Assembly (NCBI GenBank): GCA_026025075.1
Contig: JAPEUI010000023.1
Location: forward strand, 62,001 to 126,000
Length of the DNA stretch: 64,000 nucleotides
Source of the DNA: Vezdaea acicularis
Taxonomy: Eukaryota
Reading direction: 5' to 3'
How positions within the stretch are numbered: the stretch's first letter is position 1; the number at the start of each line of letters is the position of its first letter. A program made the position numbers and the translations under genes. Of the stretch, positions 36,765 to 49,909 are shown piece after piece. Under the pieces are notes generated by a model, which saw only the letters and a program-made list of their open reading frames with translations, was not told the DNA's origin and ran no database searches.

Positions 36765-39700
36765 TCAAAGCCGACCCTTGAACGCCACCTTTTGCTCCTG
36801 CGCCCACTCAGGCAAGAACGCGATGCCGAAGCGAATCGCTTCCCAATGGCTCGACCAGCTCCCAGAGAGCGGCAGGAAGAAAGGCCCCGTATACTCGCCG
36901 GGCTTGACCTGGACCTTCTTGATGGGATCGTTGACGGCCTTGTCCCAGGTCTCAGGGTAGCTCGTCACGATATCGACGGCCAACTTCTCCGCGCCCTCCA
37001 CCCAAAGGTTCTGCATGAGCGCCTTGTTCTCGGCCTCAGCGCGGCACAGGCCGGTCAGCAACTCCCGGCTGGCAGCAGCAGTGGCCCAGAAATTGTCGGA
37101 GCCGACTTCTCGCTGGATGTACTTCTGCAGGTAGAAGCCATAGCGTTCACGACAAGTCGCAGCTAATTGGCAGGCGAGGCCGGAGAGGTGGCCGAAGGAG
37201 GAGGTCTCGTTGCGGACCCATTGGGCGAAGGTCAGAATGCTCTCCCAGTCCTTATAGCAGGGGAACGGACTGCCACGGACGAGCTCGTTGTTGGCGGCGA
37301 AGGCGATCATGAAGCCAATGAGGCTCTCGACAGCGAGGAGGGCGCCTTGCTTGGTCAGGATCTCAGACCCATCGCGGCTGTTCTGAGCTTCGCGTTTGAT
37401 GGTCTTCGCAATGGTCATGCACCTCATCCACTCTGCTTTCCACTCAGCCTTCAGATCGAGCTGAGCTTGCCCGTTCGAATCGGCGTTCTGCGAGGATGGT
37501 CGGAGGCTGCTGGGGGTGGAAACGTCGTTGGAGGCGTTTCCGAGAGGGGTGTTCACTTGACCTTCGTTCGAGCGGCTGTGGGTCATGGCCGTGGACATTG
37601 CGCTCTTCCGCGGTGTGTTGAGAGCCGACTTCTGAGCGCTGTTCGGCTTCGACGGGAGAGGGGAGTCTTGAGGGGTGGTCGGGCGCCTCGCTGCCTTCTG
37701 CTCAGGCTTCATCAGGGTAGTTGGCGCCTTGACCCGCTTGGTGGCAGGTCCGACTGCTTCTTCCTCCTCCACGGAAGGGCGGGGGCGTTTGGCTGAAGGC
37801 TTTGATGCCTTCGTAGCTTCCGAAGTGGAAGCCTTGGCCGCTGCCTTCTGCTGCCTCGCTCGTTCCTCTTTCTCCACTCGCGCCTTCTCCTCTTTCTCCT
37901 TTGCCTTCAGCTCTTTGGCCCTTGCCTCTTGGGCCTTTGCAGATGGAGCGTCCTTACTCGAGCGGCCAGACTTCTCAGCGCCGACGTCTGTGCCTTTGCT
38001 GGCTTCTTGTGGCTTCTTGACGGTGGCCGCACTTGCCTTGACCGGTTGCGGCGGGAGAGCGAGCAGCTGCCTCGCACGAGTCCGAGCAGACTTGCCGAAT
38101 TTGAGAACGGCCACCTTGTTCGGCCCTGCGGCCTCCTTGTTCACCGTCTTCTTCTCGCTCTTTTGGTCTTTCTTCTTATCCAGCCCCTTGTCGGCCTTCG
38201 GCTTGAACTGATCGAAGAAGCCCGTTGGAGGAAGGGCCACCCTGACTCCACCCCGAGTGATAGTGGGAGTGCTTTCTCGAGATTTAGCGACTCCATCCTT
38301 CTTCATATACTTAACGGCGACGCCCTTTGGACGCTCGCCGCTAAGGTCACTCGAGGAACTCCGCTTTCCAGAGGTATCAGAGCGACTAGAACGTCTTGAA
38401 TCGACGTCAACGTTCTTCGGTGGATCACCACCAACGGACTGGCTAGCGCTGAGCTTTCCAGAGGCTTCTGACAGACTTGTGCTTCTCGACTTGGTATTGA
38501 TGGCTTTCGGTTGACCATCGATCACCGACCGAGAAGCGCTCAGCTTCGAAGAAGCAGTCGACTGACTTACGGACCTCGAGTTCGACTTGGAGGAGACAGA
38601 TGAAGCCAGGTTCGGAGACGAATTCGACCAGGACGTCCAAAGGGTATTATCCTTGTTGGGTCCGACTTGATCCTGGATGGCCTTTTCTTCGTCGAGTTTG
38701 TCCTCGAGCCATTCCAGGAACTGTCCCTCGACCGGGGATGGCAAAGTCGGGGAAAGAAGAGGAGGGAGGGAAGGAGGAGGCGACATTTTTTCTGAAGTTT
38801 GAGGCTTGATCTCTTTCGAATGTCCGACCAATGGTCCAGCTTGGTCCTTAGGTTTAGCCGTTGGTCGTGGCGCAGGACTTGGCTTCTGGATAGGCTTTGC
38901 AAGAGCAGGGTCTGTTCGAATCTTCTTCGATGGTGGGGCAGAGGAACGAGGGTTATTATCTGCGTTGCCAGCGACGGGACGATCAAAGGTGGTAGCGTCA
39001 AGGGACCTGTCAAGAATGTGAGTGAACTAATTCACAAAAACTAGCGCAAGGCAGAAGAGGATCATAGACAGGAACTTACCTCTTTTCAGGACGAGACAAA
39101 CCTGGCTTTTCTGTCGAAGATTTGGCCAGCTCTTTGGTAGAGCCGTTGGTCTGAGAGACGACAGCAGCTGGTTTAGCTGGAGTGATGGCACTGGTGGTAG
39201 GGGCTGTGGTGGCGCTGGTGGCGGCGACAGCAGGGGTGGTAGTGGGGACGGTAGCGGGGACGATAGCAGTGCCAGGAGTTATCACAGCGATGGTGGTGGC
39301 GCTGGCTGTATTTCCGGCAGAGTTGGTAGAGTTGACAGTGTTTGCAGCGATGGTAGTAGTGCTAGCAGTATGCTCGGCGGAATTGGTAGAGTTTGCAGAA
39401 TTTGCAGCGGTGGTGGTAGCATTCGGTGTGGATGAGGTGGCGTTTGACGTCTTGTTCTTGGTCATCAACTGTCGTTGGCGGTATTCCTCGTAAGTAATTC
39501 TTTTGATTACCTTGCCTTTAATTGGCCTGGGAACGGTTCGGTCGATAGACCCGTCGAGGTTGCTCCAACCTCCGCGGCTTAGGAGGATGGTGTTATCAGA
39601 AGCCCTATTACGAAAGCTCATGTACTGGAGGTCTTCTTCGCCGCGCTGCCAAAGCGATCTGTTGTTGCGCCCTTTGTTGTGCTTCCAATTCTCAAGCTGA

Positions 39701-39903
39701 TCTGGAGGAAATCTGAAGGCTCCTGGCCACTCGGTCTCAGGAATACAGAGGATGTATGGTTCTTTGGTGGGTGGGTTTCTGCGCCCCCTTTGAGGCTTCT
39801 TCTGAATGCGATCTGTAGTCTTGCTGACACTGGGTATGGTCGAGCCAGACGATGTCTTCGAGGACTGTGTTTGTGAAAGGGGTTGAGGAGGTTGTGGTGA
39901 CAT
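36765..39903 (-). CDS. Putative Ebp1/AFF4-like (ELL-binding) protein. Intron 39007-39079
   Basis: Long Ser/Lys/Pro-rich disordered region with LPPLLSPTLP. The helical C-terminal domain (AKTIKREAQ..ALLAVESLIGFMIAF..WESILTF) is reminiscent of Ebp1_C/AF4 CHD. The family call is from memory. Confidence 0.6.
38310..38579 (-). repeat. Three degenerate 90-nt (30-aa) tandem repeats in the CDS
   Basis: SRSVSQSTASSKLSASRSVIDGQPKAINTK / SRSTSLSEASGKLSASQSVGGDPPKNVDVD / SRRSSRSDTSGKRSSSSDLSGERPKGVAVK. Confidence 0.8.
39285..39420 (-). repeat. About 2.3 copies of a 60-nt (20-aa) tandem repeat in the CDS
   Basis: cagcg(a/g)tggt recurs at 39285, 39345 and 39405. Protein AANSANSTNSAEHTASTTTI / AANTVNSTNSAGNTASATTI. 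Confidence 0.8.
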
Positions 39904-41605
39904 ATCTAGGTATTTCAGAGTGAGGTAAAAGTGCTCTGTTGCCTGTTGGCGTTGAGAATTGTGGAGATTTTGGAGGATATGGAGTGGAATGTGAGAATTA
40001 TCAAGTTTGATATCGATGCAACAAATTTGATCCGAAATCGTGTGTCGTCGGTGTGAAAATGTCTGTGGCTGGTCGGTGTTGAAGGTTGTGGTCAAGTGAG
40101 AATAGACGAATTGGTGTTGTAGTGGATCTGGTCTTGGCTTAGGAAGCTGCGAAGCTAGTGGAAAGTTGAAGTTGAAAGTGGAGTCTCGCGATATGGGTAA
40201 AGGAAGTGTGTAGAAGAATGAAAGAAGATGAGACGATAGTAGAGGTCTGGGGCTCTACTTATAGTGGGAGAAATGAAGCCCTAGCCAACACAATGACGAT
40301 GTCTGACAATACGTTCGGCCGATTGAGGGGGCGGGGCTATTGTGTTTCGTCGGTTGTGTTCACGATACTTCTTCACTCAGCGAATGGACAATAGCATTGA
40401 GAATAGCAGCCGCAGCAGCAGGGTCTTACGGTCAATACCCCATTACAACAACACAATGGGCTCTGCCTATTCACGCTCCCACAATGCCAACGCTCGAAGT
40501 TTCTCGCGGTTTGGCCGGCACAGGGCCGCGCCCCATGCTTGGGGTGAGGTGAGGCTCAGCGACGTACTGGCTTTGTTCGGAATGAGCCGAGTGGGTGATG
40601 GAGCATGACGATGCTGTGGGAATTCAAAGGTCTTCGGGCTCGTCGTCGGCCATCACCTCGCTCGCTCGACGGAAGAGAGATCCACGAGGCCAGGACGACG
40701 GGATGTTCGCGGAGGGAAATGGGAATGTCAGATTACGGAGATCTTGGAATACGGGCAGAGAGGTTTTGGGCGGTGGTGGCTCGGGCTTGCGGTTCGATGG
40801 GGGCACGATTGGAGGGAGAGAGTGGGCTGGCTGCATCTGGGCGGCGGCCTTTGCGTGCAGCTCGGGCCAGCCAATATTCGGGGTCTGGGCGCCTCTCTGG
40901 ACGGGCCACTCACGTAGCGTGCACGCGCTCGGTAAGGCGCAAGTCGCGGAAACAGCCACTCACGGCCGGCCCGCGCGGCCAAGCGCGAGACACGACCAGA
41001 CGACCGAACGACCGACCTGCTCGTTCAAGAACGCCCCCCCGCCGCGAGGACGTCTTGCACACATGAATCGCGATGCTCAGTGGCAGACGGTCGACTCGAC
41101 GAGCAGTTCCTCGTGCATCAATCGCGTCTGCTGGGGCACTCCCAGCTCTCGCACCTCCCACCTCGTGGCGACCCGCTAGCCGGCCCCCCTGCGCTGGTCC
41201 CACAGCCGACCCTTGGCTCATGCGAGGTGTTTTGCAGCTTCGATAAGTACCCCGAAAATCCTCCCTTGCGTTGCACCCGAGCATCGAGGAGACTTCCCTC
41301 CCTTCGTCTTGAGTATATGTAGAGTTTTATCTTCATTGATGTAATAGCCTATCTACAGGTACGAAGTGAATGTATGGAAACGACCGAAGCACGCAAAGGT
41401 ATCCGCGAAGATGTCCCCAAGGTCAAATGGCAGTGCTGCGGTGAGTACAGAGAGGGGAGAGATGCAGATAACCACCCGTCGTGACTGAAAAGATATGGCA
41501 TGCAAGCTTGGCAGGTCATACATTAGTGGGAATGTCGTCGCTGTCGACGCTTTCGAAAATACTATCCCTTTCTCATTTCATTCCGACGCTGTTGAAGGCC
41601 CTCTT

Positions 41606-44600
41606 CTACCGTGACTCCAATCCTCGCCTGAACTCGTTCAGTTTCGGACTAGCGTGCTCCTGCCTGTCCTTGGGACGGCGACTCGTCCCGTCAGTGCGAA
41701 TGTCGATGCATCCAGCATTAACCTACGTATGGAGCACGTCGTGCGATGCCACCCCTAACCGGTAACGCCGAAAGGTGCCCCATCAGGTAGGAGTCAACCT
41801 CGGACGCAGCCTTACGGCCTTCATCAATGCCCCTTGGTGATCGTTAGTGAGACTCGCCTCAACTGCTAAAGGGTATGATACTTACCAGACGATCAATGAT
41901 TGACCGCGACGACAGTCACCAGCCGCAAAGACGCCAGGCAGATTGGTAACGAAGCGGTCTCTGGGAGTCTTGATGTTCTTGCGAGCATCTTTCTCGACTT
42001 CGTTGCCAAGCAGACGATCCTCTGGGCCGAGGAATCCCATAGACAGGAGAACCAAGTCTGCAGGGAAGAATTGTTGACTTCCATCGACCTCTTTCATATC
42101 CCAGCCACCGCTCTCGAGCTTGGTCCATTCGACGCGAACGGTGTTGATTCCCTTGACCTTGCCCGAGCCATCATCGACGAACTCCTTGGACATGACACAA
42201 TACTCACGAGGATCTTTACCCATATGAGTCTTGACTTCGCTATGACCGTAATCGATGCGATAGATGCGCGGCCATTGGGGCCAAGGGTTGTCACGTGCTC
42301 TTTTCTCAGGCGGTTGAGGTAATAGCTCAAAGTTCGTGACAGACTTCGCGCCATGTCGAACTGAGGTGCCGATACAATCATTGCCAGTATCACCACCTCC
42401 GATTACAACAACGTGCTTATCTTTGGCACTGATGTATTCGCCGTCTGCGAGCTCCGAGTCGAGGAGCGACTTCGTGTTGCGATGCAAGAATTGCATGGCG
42501 AAATGGATGCCCTCAAGTTCACGATTGGGAATAGGAAGGTTGCGAGGCACAGTGGCGCCGGTCGCAATAATCACAGCATCGTTCTCGTCTCTAAGATCCT
42601 GAAGAGTAAGGTCATCGTCTGAACCAATATGAACGCCGGTCACGAATTTGATCCCTTCATCAGCCATGAGCTGCACTCGTCGTTGAACCACATTCTTGTC
42701 CAGCTTCATATTTGGGATACCATACATCAAGAGGCCACCGATTCGATCTGATCGCTCATAAACTGTTATGTGATGCCCAACTTTATTGAGTTGGTCGGCT
42801 GCCGCAAGACCTGCTGGCCCAGAGCCAATGATGGCAATCTTCTTTCCAGTACGTTCTGTTGGGGGTGTTGGGACCATCCAGCCTTGTTCAAAGCCGCGGT
42901 CAATGATAGCGCACTCGATCGACTTGATGCCAACGGGGTCTTCGTTGATACCTAAAACGCAAGCGCCTTCACAAGGTGCTGGACAAACACGACCAGTGAA
43001 CTCTGGGAAGTTGTTCGTCATCAACAGTCGATTCAGCGCATCTCTCCATTGGTTCTGGAAAACTAGCTCGTTCCACTTGGGAATAATGTTGCTGATTGGG
43101 CATCCAGTATCAGACTGACAGAAAGGAACACCACAGTCCATGCATCGGGCTGATTGATACTTGAGCTCGTCTTCGTTCAGCCTTGTTGAGAGCTCTTGCC
43201 AGTCACGGACCCTGGTTTTTGGGTTCCGGTACTTCTCGCTTCGCCGACTATACTTCATAAATCCTTTGGTCTTGTCAATTACAGCTGATCGTTTCTTCTC
43301 GGCCTTGTCATCTGGCACGCTTTCTTCCATATCTGTCACATCGCTCTTCTTACCGTCCTTATGACGATGTTCCATGCCTGCCTTCTTCAAAATGGGCATG
43401 AAAGATGCCTTTTTGGCATCCTCCTTCTTCTTTGCATCTTCCATCAGCACTCGTTTGTAGTCAATGGGTAGAACCTTGACAAATCGTGGTAAAGCTCGAT
43501 TGAAGTCTTGCAAGACTCGTGCCGCGAGTTCGGACCCAGTATAATGGTGATGATCCTCTACAAGTCCTCGTACGAAGGCCATCTCTGTCAAGTCTTCGAT
43601 TGGAGATACCTCAACCATCTCCATGTTGACCTTAGTTGCGAAATCTTGGTTCATGTCGAGGACGTAGGCGATACCACCAGACATACCTGCCGCGAAATTC
43701 CGACCGGTCCCTCCAAGCACAACCACTCGACCGCCGGTCATGTATTCGCAGCCGTGGTCACCGATCCCTTCAACAACAGCTGTCGCTCCAGAATTGCGGA
43801 CCGCGAAACGCTCAGCTGCCATTCCACGGAAGTAGCAAGTTCCTTCTGTTGCGCCATACAGGCAGACGTTGCCAACGAGCACATTCTCTTCAGCCTTAAA
43901 AACTGCAGATCGTGGTGGATAGATGATGAGACGACCACCCGAGAGGCCTTTCCCAACGTAGTCATTGGCATCCCCTTCGAGCTCTAACGTAACACCTTTA
44001 GCAAGATACGCCCCAAATGATTGGCCAGCCGATCCTTTGATATTGGTGTGGATAGTGTCGACTGGGAGACCTTCCTCGCCATATCTCTTACTAATATGGT
44101 AGGAAAGCGTCGCTCCAAGAGTGCGATCAGTGTTGCCAATGTCCGTTTCGATACGAGCTGTCAGGCCGCGTTCAAGGGAGAGCTCGGACTCAGAGATAAG
44201 CTTGTTGTCAAGCCGAGTATGGAGCTTGTGATCTTGCTTCCGGACATTGTATGTAGCAACACCGGGTCGAAGGGAGTGAGCGGGCGTCAAGATGAGAGAA
44301 AGGTCGATATTCTCAGTCTTCGCGTTGCGCAGATCATCGCGAACGCGTAATGCTTCGCAATGTCCCACCATCTCATTGATCGTCCTAAAGCCAAGTTTGG
44401 CCATGATTGCTCGTAGCTCGTTGGCCACGTAGTAAAAGAAGTTGATGACATGTTCTGGTGTTCCTTGGAACTTTTCGTGAAGGATGGGATCTTGTGTAGC
44501 AATACCGACGGGGCAAGTGTTCCTAGGCAGAAAATTAGATCATGAGCGACAATATAATGCTCGAAGTATAGACTTACAAATGACACTTCCTCATCATGAT

Positions 44601-47600
44601 ACACCCCATAGCGATCAGAGGTGTTGTAGCAAAGCCCCATTCTTCCGCTCCCAGAAGACATGCAATAGCAACATCTCTTCCGGTACGAAGTTGCCCATCT
44701 GTTTGGACGACGACACGACCTCGTAGGTCATTGAGCACAAGGGTCTGATGGGTTTCTGCAAGCCCCAATTCCCAAGGCAAGCCTGCATACTTGATGCCAG
44801 TCCATCGAGAGGCACCTGTACCACCATCATGACCAGAGATGAGAATATGGTCAGCTTTCGCTTTGGCAACGCCAGAAGCGACTATACCAACACCAGTTTC
44901 GGAAACTAACTTAACAGATATTCTGGCACGAGGATTTGAACACTTTAGATCATAGATCAGTTGTTTCAAGTCTTCAATAGAATAAATGTCGTGATGTGGA
45001 GGTGGTGAAATGAGACCGACGCCCGGAGTAGAATGCCTTGTCCGAGCGATAGATTCAGAGACCTTGTGACCGGGAAGCTCACCACCCTCACCAGGCTTGG
45101 CACCCTGAGCCATTTTGATCTGGAGTTCGTCTGCATCTGCAAGATAATTGGATGTTACGCCAAATCGACCAGAGGCAACTTGCTTAATGGCGGATCGCAT
45201 GGTATCGCCATTCTCCATCTTCATGCTTCTCTCGGGGTCTTCCCCACCCTCGCCTGTGTTGGATTTGCCACCAAGTCTGTTCATAGCAACAGCTAGAGTA
45301 GAGTGAGACTGCATAGAAATTGACCCGTAAGACATAGCTCCTGTGCAGAAACGTCTGACAATCTCAGTCCAAGGCTCAACCTGCTCTATGGGTACAGGAA
45401 TTCGTTCTTCAAAATTGAAGTCTAGTAAGCCTCGCAGACTGCAGTTTTTTATCTGCTCATATTCTGAGAGAGAATATGCTTCATAGGACTTGTCATTCTT
45501 GGTGCGGACTGCATCCTGAATATTGGCGATGCTGACAGGGTCGTTGATGTGAGGTTCACCACCATCTCGCCAGTGGTATTCTCCAGTCTCTGCTAAACCC
45601 GGAATCGATCTGATGTGCCTTGATGGATAGCCCTTTTCATGGAATGCGAATGCGTCCTGTGCAATCAAGTCAAAGGTCAAACCTCGAATACGAGTGGCTG
45701 TTCCCGTGAAACATCGGTCGACAACAGTGTCATCGACTCCGAGAGCTTCAAATATTTGTGCTCCTTTGTAACTCTGTAGAGTCGAGATACCCATCTTGCT
45801 CATGACCTTGAGGATTCCTCCATCGCAAGAATGCTTGTAGTTATCGATGAGTGCCTCATCCGAGAGTTGAGCTCGAATCAAGCCTTCACGGTTCATCTTA
45901 AGGATACATTCCATGGCAAGATAGGGACAAATAGCATCCGCACCATAGCCTAGAAGGACGCACATGTGGTGCACCTCCCGAGCTTCTGCAGTCTCGACGA
46001 CCAAGGCAGCTAAAGACCTCCATTTGTTCTTGACAAGATAGTGGTGCACCATAGCAGAAGCTAGCAGAGCCGATACAGGCACACGTTCGGCGGAAACAGC
46101 CCGGTCAGAAAGGATCAGCACTCGGTCCGCATTCTCAATGGCTTCGCCAGCAGCGGCACATATGCGATCTAGCGCACGATAGTAACCTTCAATACCGTCG
46201 GATTTGGGAAAGGTTATGTCGATGGTTTTGACTGGCCAGTTGGAGTATAGTTTAGTCATGCTCTTGAGGGCATTGAACTCAGGGATACTAAGAACAGGTG
46301 ACGGGATAAGAAGGCGATGGCATTGCTTCGAGTCCATCTCCAATAGATTACCTTGTGGGCCAACGTAGCACTCGAGTGACATTACAATAGCCTCACGAAT
46401 AGGGTCTATGGGTGGGTTGGTGACTTGAGCAAACAATTGGCGAAAATACTCATAGAGCAGGCGGGGCTGTTGAGCAAGGCATGCTAAGGGAGAATCGTTG
46501 CCCATAGATCCCAATGCTTCTTTCGAGTCAGCAGCCATAGGGCCGAGAAGTAAGCTGACTTGCTCGAATGAGTATCCAAAAGCCTTTAACATAGGGTCCA
46601 CTTGGATGTTTACATCATCCAACTTATATGTAAGATCCATACCGCTGCCTCTAAGTTTCTCGTAGATCTTAGGAAGAGACAGCAATTCTTTCTTTACCCA
46701 TGACTTAAAGTCTTTCCGAGTCGACACAGTGTGCTTCAACTCCTTATCATCTACAATACGACCTGCAACTGTGTCAACGAGTAACATCTTGCCCGGCTGC
46801 AGACGTCCTTTCTGAATGATGCGTTCGGGATCGATCGTGATAGCTCCGACCTCTGACGCGCAAATGATACGATCGTCATCCGTTACATAGTATCGGCAAG
46901 GCCGAAGACCGTTACGATCTAGATTTGCCCCGCAGTATCGGCCGTCTGCGAACGTGAAGAGAGCTGGACCATCCCACGGTTCCATCATACATGCTGCCCA
47001 TTCATAAAAGGCCGCTTTCTCGGGGTTCATAGCCACATTGTCCTGCCATGCTTCGGGCACGAGTAACATGACGGCTTCGGGTAGCGAGAGGACGCCGTTG
47101 ATGACAAGCAGTTCCAAGACGTTGTCAAAAGCCGCCGAGTCAGAACCGCCATCTTCGACGATTGGATACAGTGAATCCAGGTCTTCACCAAATAGATTTG
47201 ATTTCAAGACACCTTCTCGCGCACGCATCCAGTTCTTATTGCCCCGCAATGTATTAATTTCACCTACACTGAGGTTAGCGTAGGTTTTTTTTACACAGTA
47301 TTGTTCAGCTTACCGTTATGAGCGGCGAACCTCAGTGGCTGAGCACGGTCCCAACTGGGAAATGTATTCGTTGAAAACCGCGAATGGACCAATGCAAAAT
47401 GACCTTCATAGTCAACAGAGACCAAATCGTGGTAATACTCGTATACTTGGACGGGTGCCAACTGGCCTTTGTAGACTATGTTCTTATTGCTCAGAGAACA
47501 CAGGTAGAACCAGTTGTGAAGGCCAAGTGTATGCGTTGCTCGCTTTCGTAGAACGTACAATTGCCGCTCGAATTGGGCGTTGAACTTCTTCTCGAATTGC

Positions 47601-48344
47601 TCAATATCTGTGACTTCAGGATCATGACCATCGCCATACGCTGCAGTCAAGACGACAAACGGTTGAAAGATCAAGGGCTCTCGAGATGCGGCAGCAGGGC
47701 CGAGCAGTGTGGAGTCTCGTGGGACCTCTCTCCACCCAAGGACTCGAAGGCCAAGGGAGTCAGCGATTGCCTCGAATTGATCCTGTGAATCCTTTAGGAT
47801 TTCTTGATCAGGTTTAAAGAAAAGATTGCCCGCGGCATATTGACCTTGTGGAGGCAGTTTGAACCCTGTCTCGCGTTCGAAGTTCTTAATGAAGAACTTA
47901 TGTGGAATTGATGTCATCACACCAGCACCATCGCCATCTCGCGCATCAGACCCGACCGCCCCTCGATGGGTCATTCGACACAGCAAGTCACGCGCTAGAA
48001 GGAGAAAATTTATCAGCCAAAGGAATTTACATGACAGTGAAAGTTTTGTACGTCGAATAACTTACCATCGCTCACGATTTTGTGGCTCGCTTTACCCTTA
48101 ATATGGCTGTATGGACTCGTCAGTACTTGAACGAATCATCTGCAACTGCCCAGAGATCATACGCTGCGAAGCCGACACCACAAGCGTCTTTCTCAAGCTC
48201 GGGGTCGTATAGACCCTGCTTCAGCGGTAAAGCACCAGCCCATGATTTGTTCTCGGGCGTATTCTGGTATTCATAGACACTCGTCGGAATCTCTTCGTCG
48301 ACTACATTATGATTGACAAGTTCCTCCTCCGCGGACCGACCCAT
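41606..48344 (-). CDS. GLT1: NADH-dependent glutamate synthase (GOGAT), fused alpha+beta, multi-exon. Stop at 41606 if the last intron is spliced, otherwise 41718
   Basis: EKDA|CGVGF amidotransferase start, [56 protein letters not shown] and [12 protein letters not shown]. Confidence 0.98.
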
Positions 48345-49600
48345 CCTTCGGACGGATAGCCGCTTGTCTCAATTGGACTTCAGTCAAGGTGCAACTTGGG
48401 TCACGGTAGATGTATAAGTGTCGAAGATATTGTAAGAATTGGTTTCCTTGGAGCGTTGGCCAAGGAGAGAGTGAAGGAAGAAGAAGTCAACGTGGCGGGA
48501 ATAGTAGAAAATTTGATGCGGGGAGGAAGATAAGGCAGAGAAGACGAAGATCTCGCTTGCGGGGGGAGCTTTTGAAAGGACCGCAAATTTTCGCGTGTCA
48601 CTAGAACCTGTCAGTGTAATGGATTTGTCGACGGCGGCGACCAATTACACCGCACGGATATGTATTGACCAGAGGAGGAATGAGAACCCAGAAAACTGGT
48701 CACGAGGGTGCGGTGGCTCGGGAGCGGAGGTCGACGGTGGTGGGAGGACAAAGCAGACCAGCGGTCGAGCGGGCGTGGGAATGGAGGAAGCCGGCGCCTT
48801 TTCAAGCTCGGGGATTAGGTTACTGGTCTGGTCTGCATAATCATCTGTCTCATCACTCGCCGGTCGCCATGGGAAACTGGACGGGGAAGATGGCACTAAC
48901 GGGGCACTCGTCACGGTGAGCTCCACGATGCTCAGCTTTCTGGGTCGAAGATGCTCGTTCTTTTCTTTTTCTGCTCGTTGCTTTTCTTCCGGGCGGAGAA
49001 AGCAGTCTGCAGACGCGGAGCCAAGCCAAGACAAATGGTGTGTTGCCTTCCGAGCCAGCACTTGCCCCCCCGCGATACATGATGGACCTACGGGACTAGA
49101 TCGAGCTTGCCCGGCCCCCCCAGTCTCCGATATCCGGACATGCGAAGACCGACCTGCCAAGCCTTTGCTCCCCGGGGCGGCGCATGTACCCCGAGTTTAA
49201 TCCTTCGTCGTACCCCCGCCGAGGCCAATCACCTCCATGTCGTGGAGGCGTCTATCTCGTCCGACCTCCCCAGCTCAAGCCGCCGTTGCATGCAAATAAT
49301 GCAAGGCCGTCGCCGCGACCGAGTCCCGCACGGACTAACGGAAGTAATCGATCGGAAACGGCACTAGCTTCCCTGCAGGCGAGCGGAGACGTCATGCGGC
49401 TATCATGGTGGGGCTTCTGGAAGTGCATGCAGTGCTGCCTTGCCCTGCGCACGTGAGTTCATGCATCTCACACTTGCGGAGCATCAAGAAACTCCATCCA
49501 TACAAGCAAAAAATGTAGAACGTAACTTCGAGGTGAATAATTGTAGCTGCCTGCACCCGTCATCATTGCTTCCATGGCCGTGCGGCGACCAATAGCACCA

Positions 49601-49615
49601 CTTCTGGAATTTTCT
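49601..49615. promoter_or_regulatory. Perfect heat shock element (nTTCnnGAAnnTTCn) with adjacent CCAAT box at 49589
   Basis: cTTCtgGAAttTTCt, about 300 bp upstream of the Hsp70 ATG. Confidence 0.8.
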
Positions 49616-49909
49616 GGTGGGGCCTAGTCGCTTCACTCGCTAGTTTTGTGCGCATAGAAACAAAAAGAGCTTCGTGGAATCCATCAGCCCTGCCTACTTA
49701 TTGCGGCCTCACCACAAAGTCTCTTCTTGATTCTTACACAAACTCACATCTCTCACTGTTTCGTGAAAGTCCTCATAGATCTTCACAAACTTTTACGACT
49801 TCTCTCGCTGCTCTCTACTCTCTGCTCTTGGTTTTAATTCAGGCTCTCAAAAAAGCTACCCCTCACCACCATTTCCTCGAGAGTTTTCACAATTCAAAAA
49901 TAATTCGCC

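Noticed and set aside
37167..38399. Long + strand ORFs, and similar antisense ORFs over PMA1, HSP70, GLT1 and the transporter
   Set aside because: Antisense or alternate-frame shadows of real genes caused by codon bias.
41750..41760. CCCTAACC and other telomere-like hexamers (e.g. near 57690)
   Set aside because: Single isolated copies, one inside the GLT1 CDS. No array and no telomerase-template context.
14934..48344. YHM2 plus GLT1 as a 2-oxoglutarate metabolic cluster
   Set aside because: They are 25 kb apart and separated by unrelated housekeeping genes.
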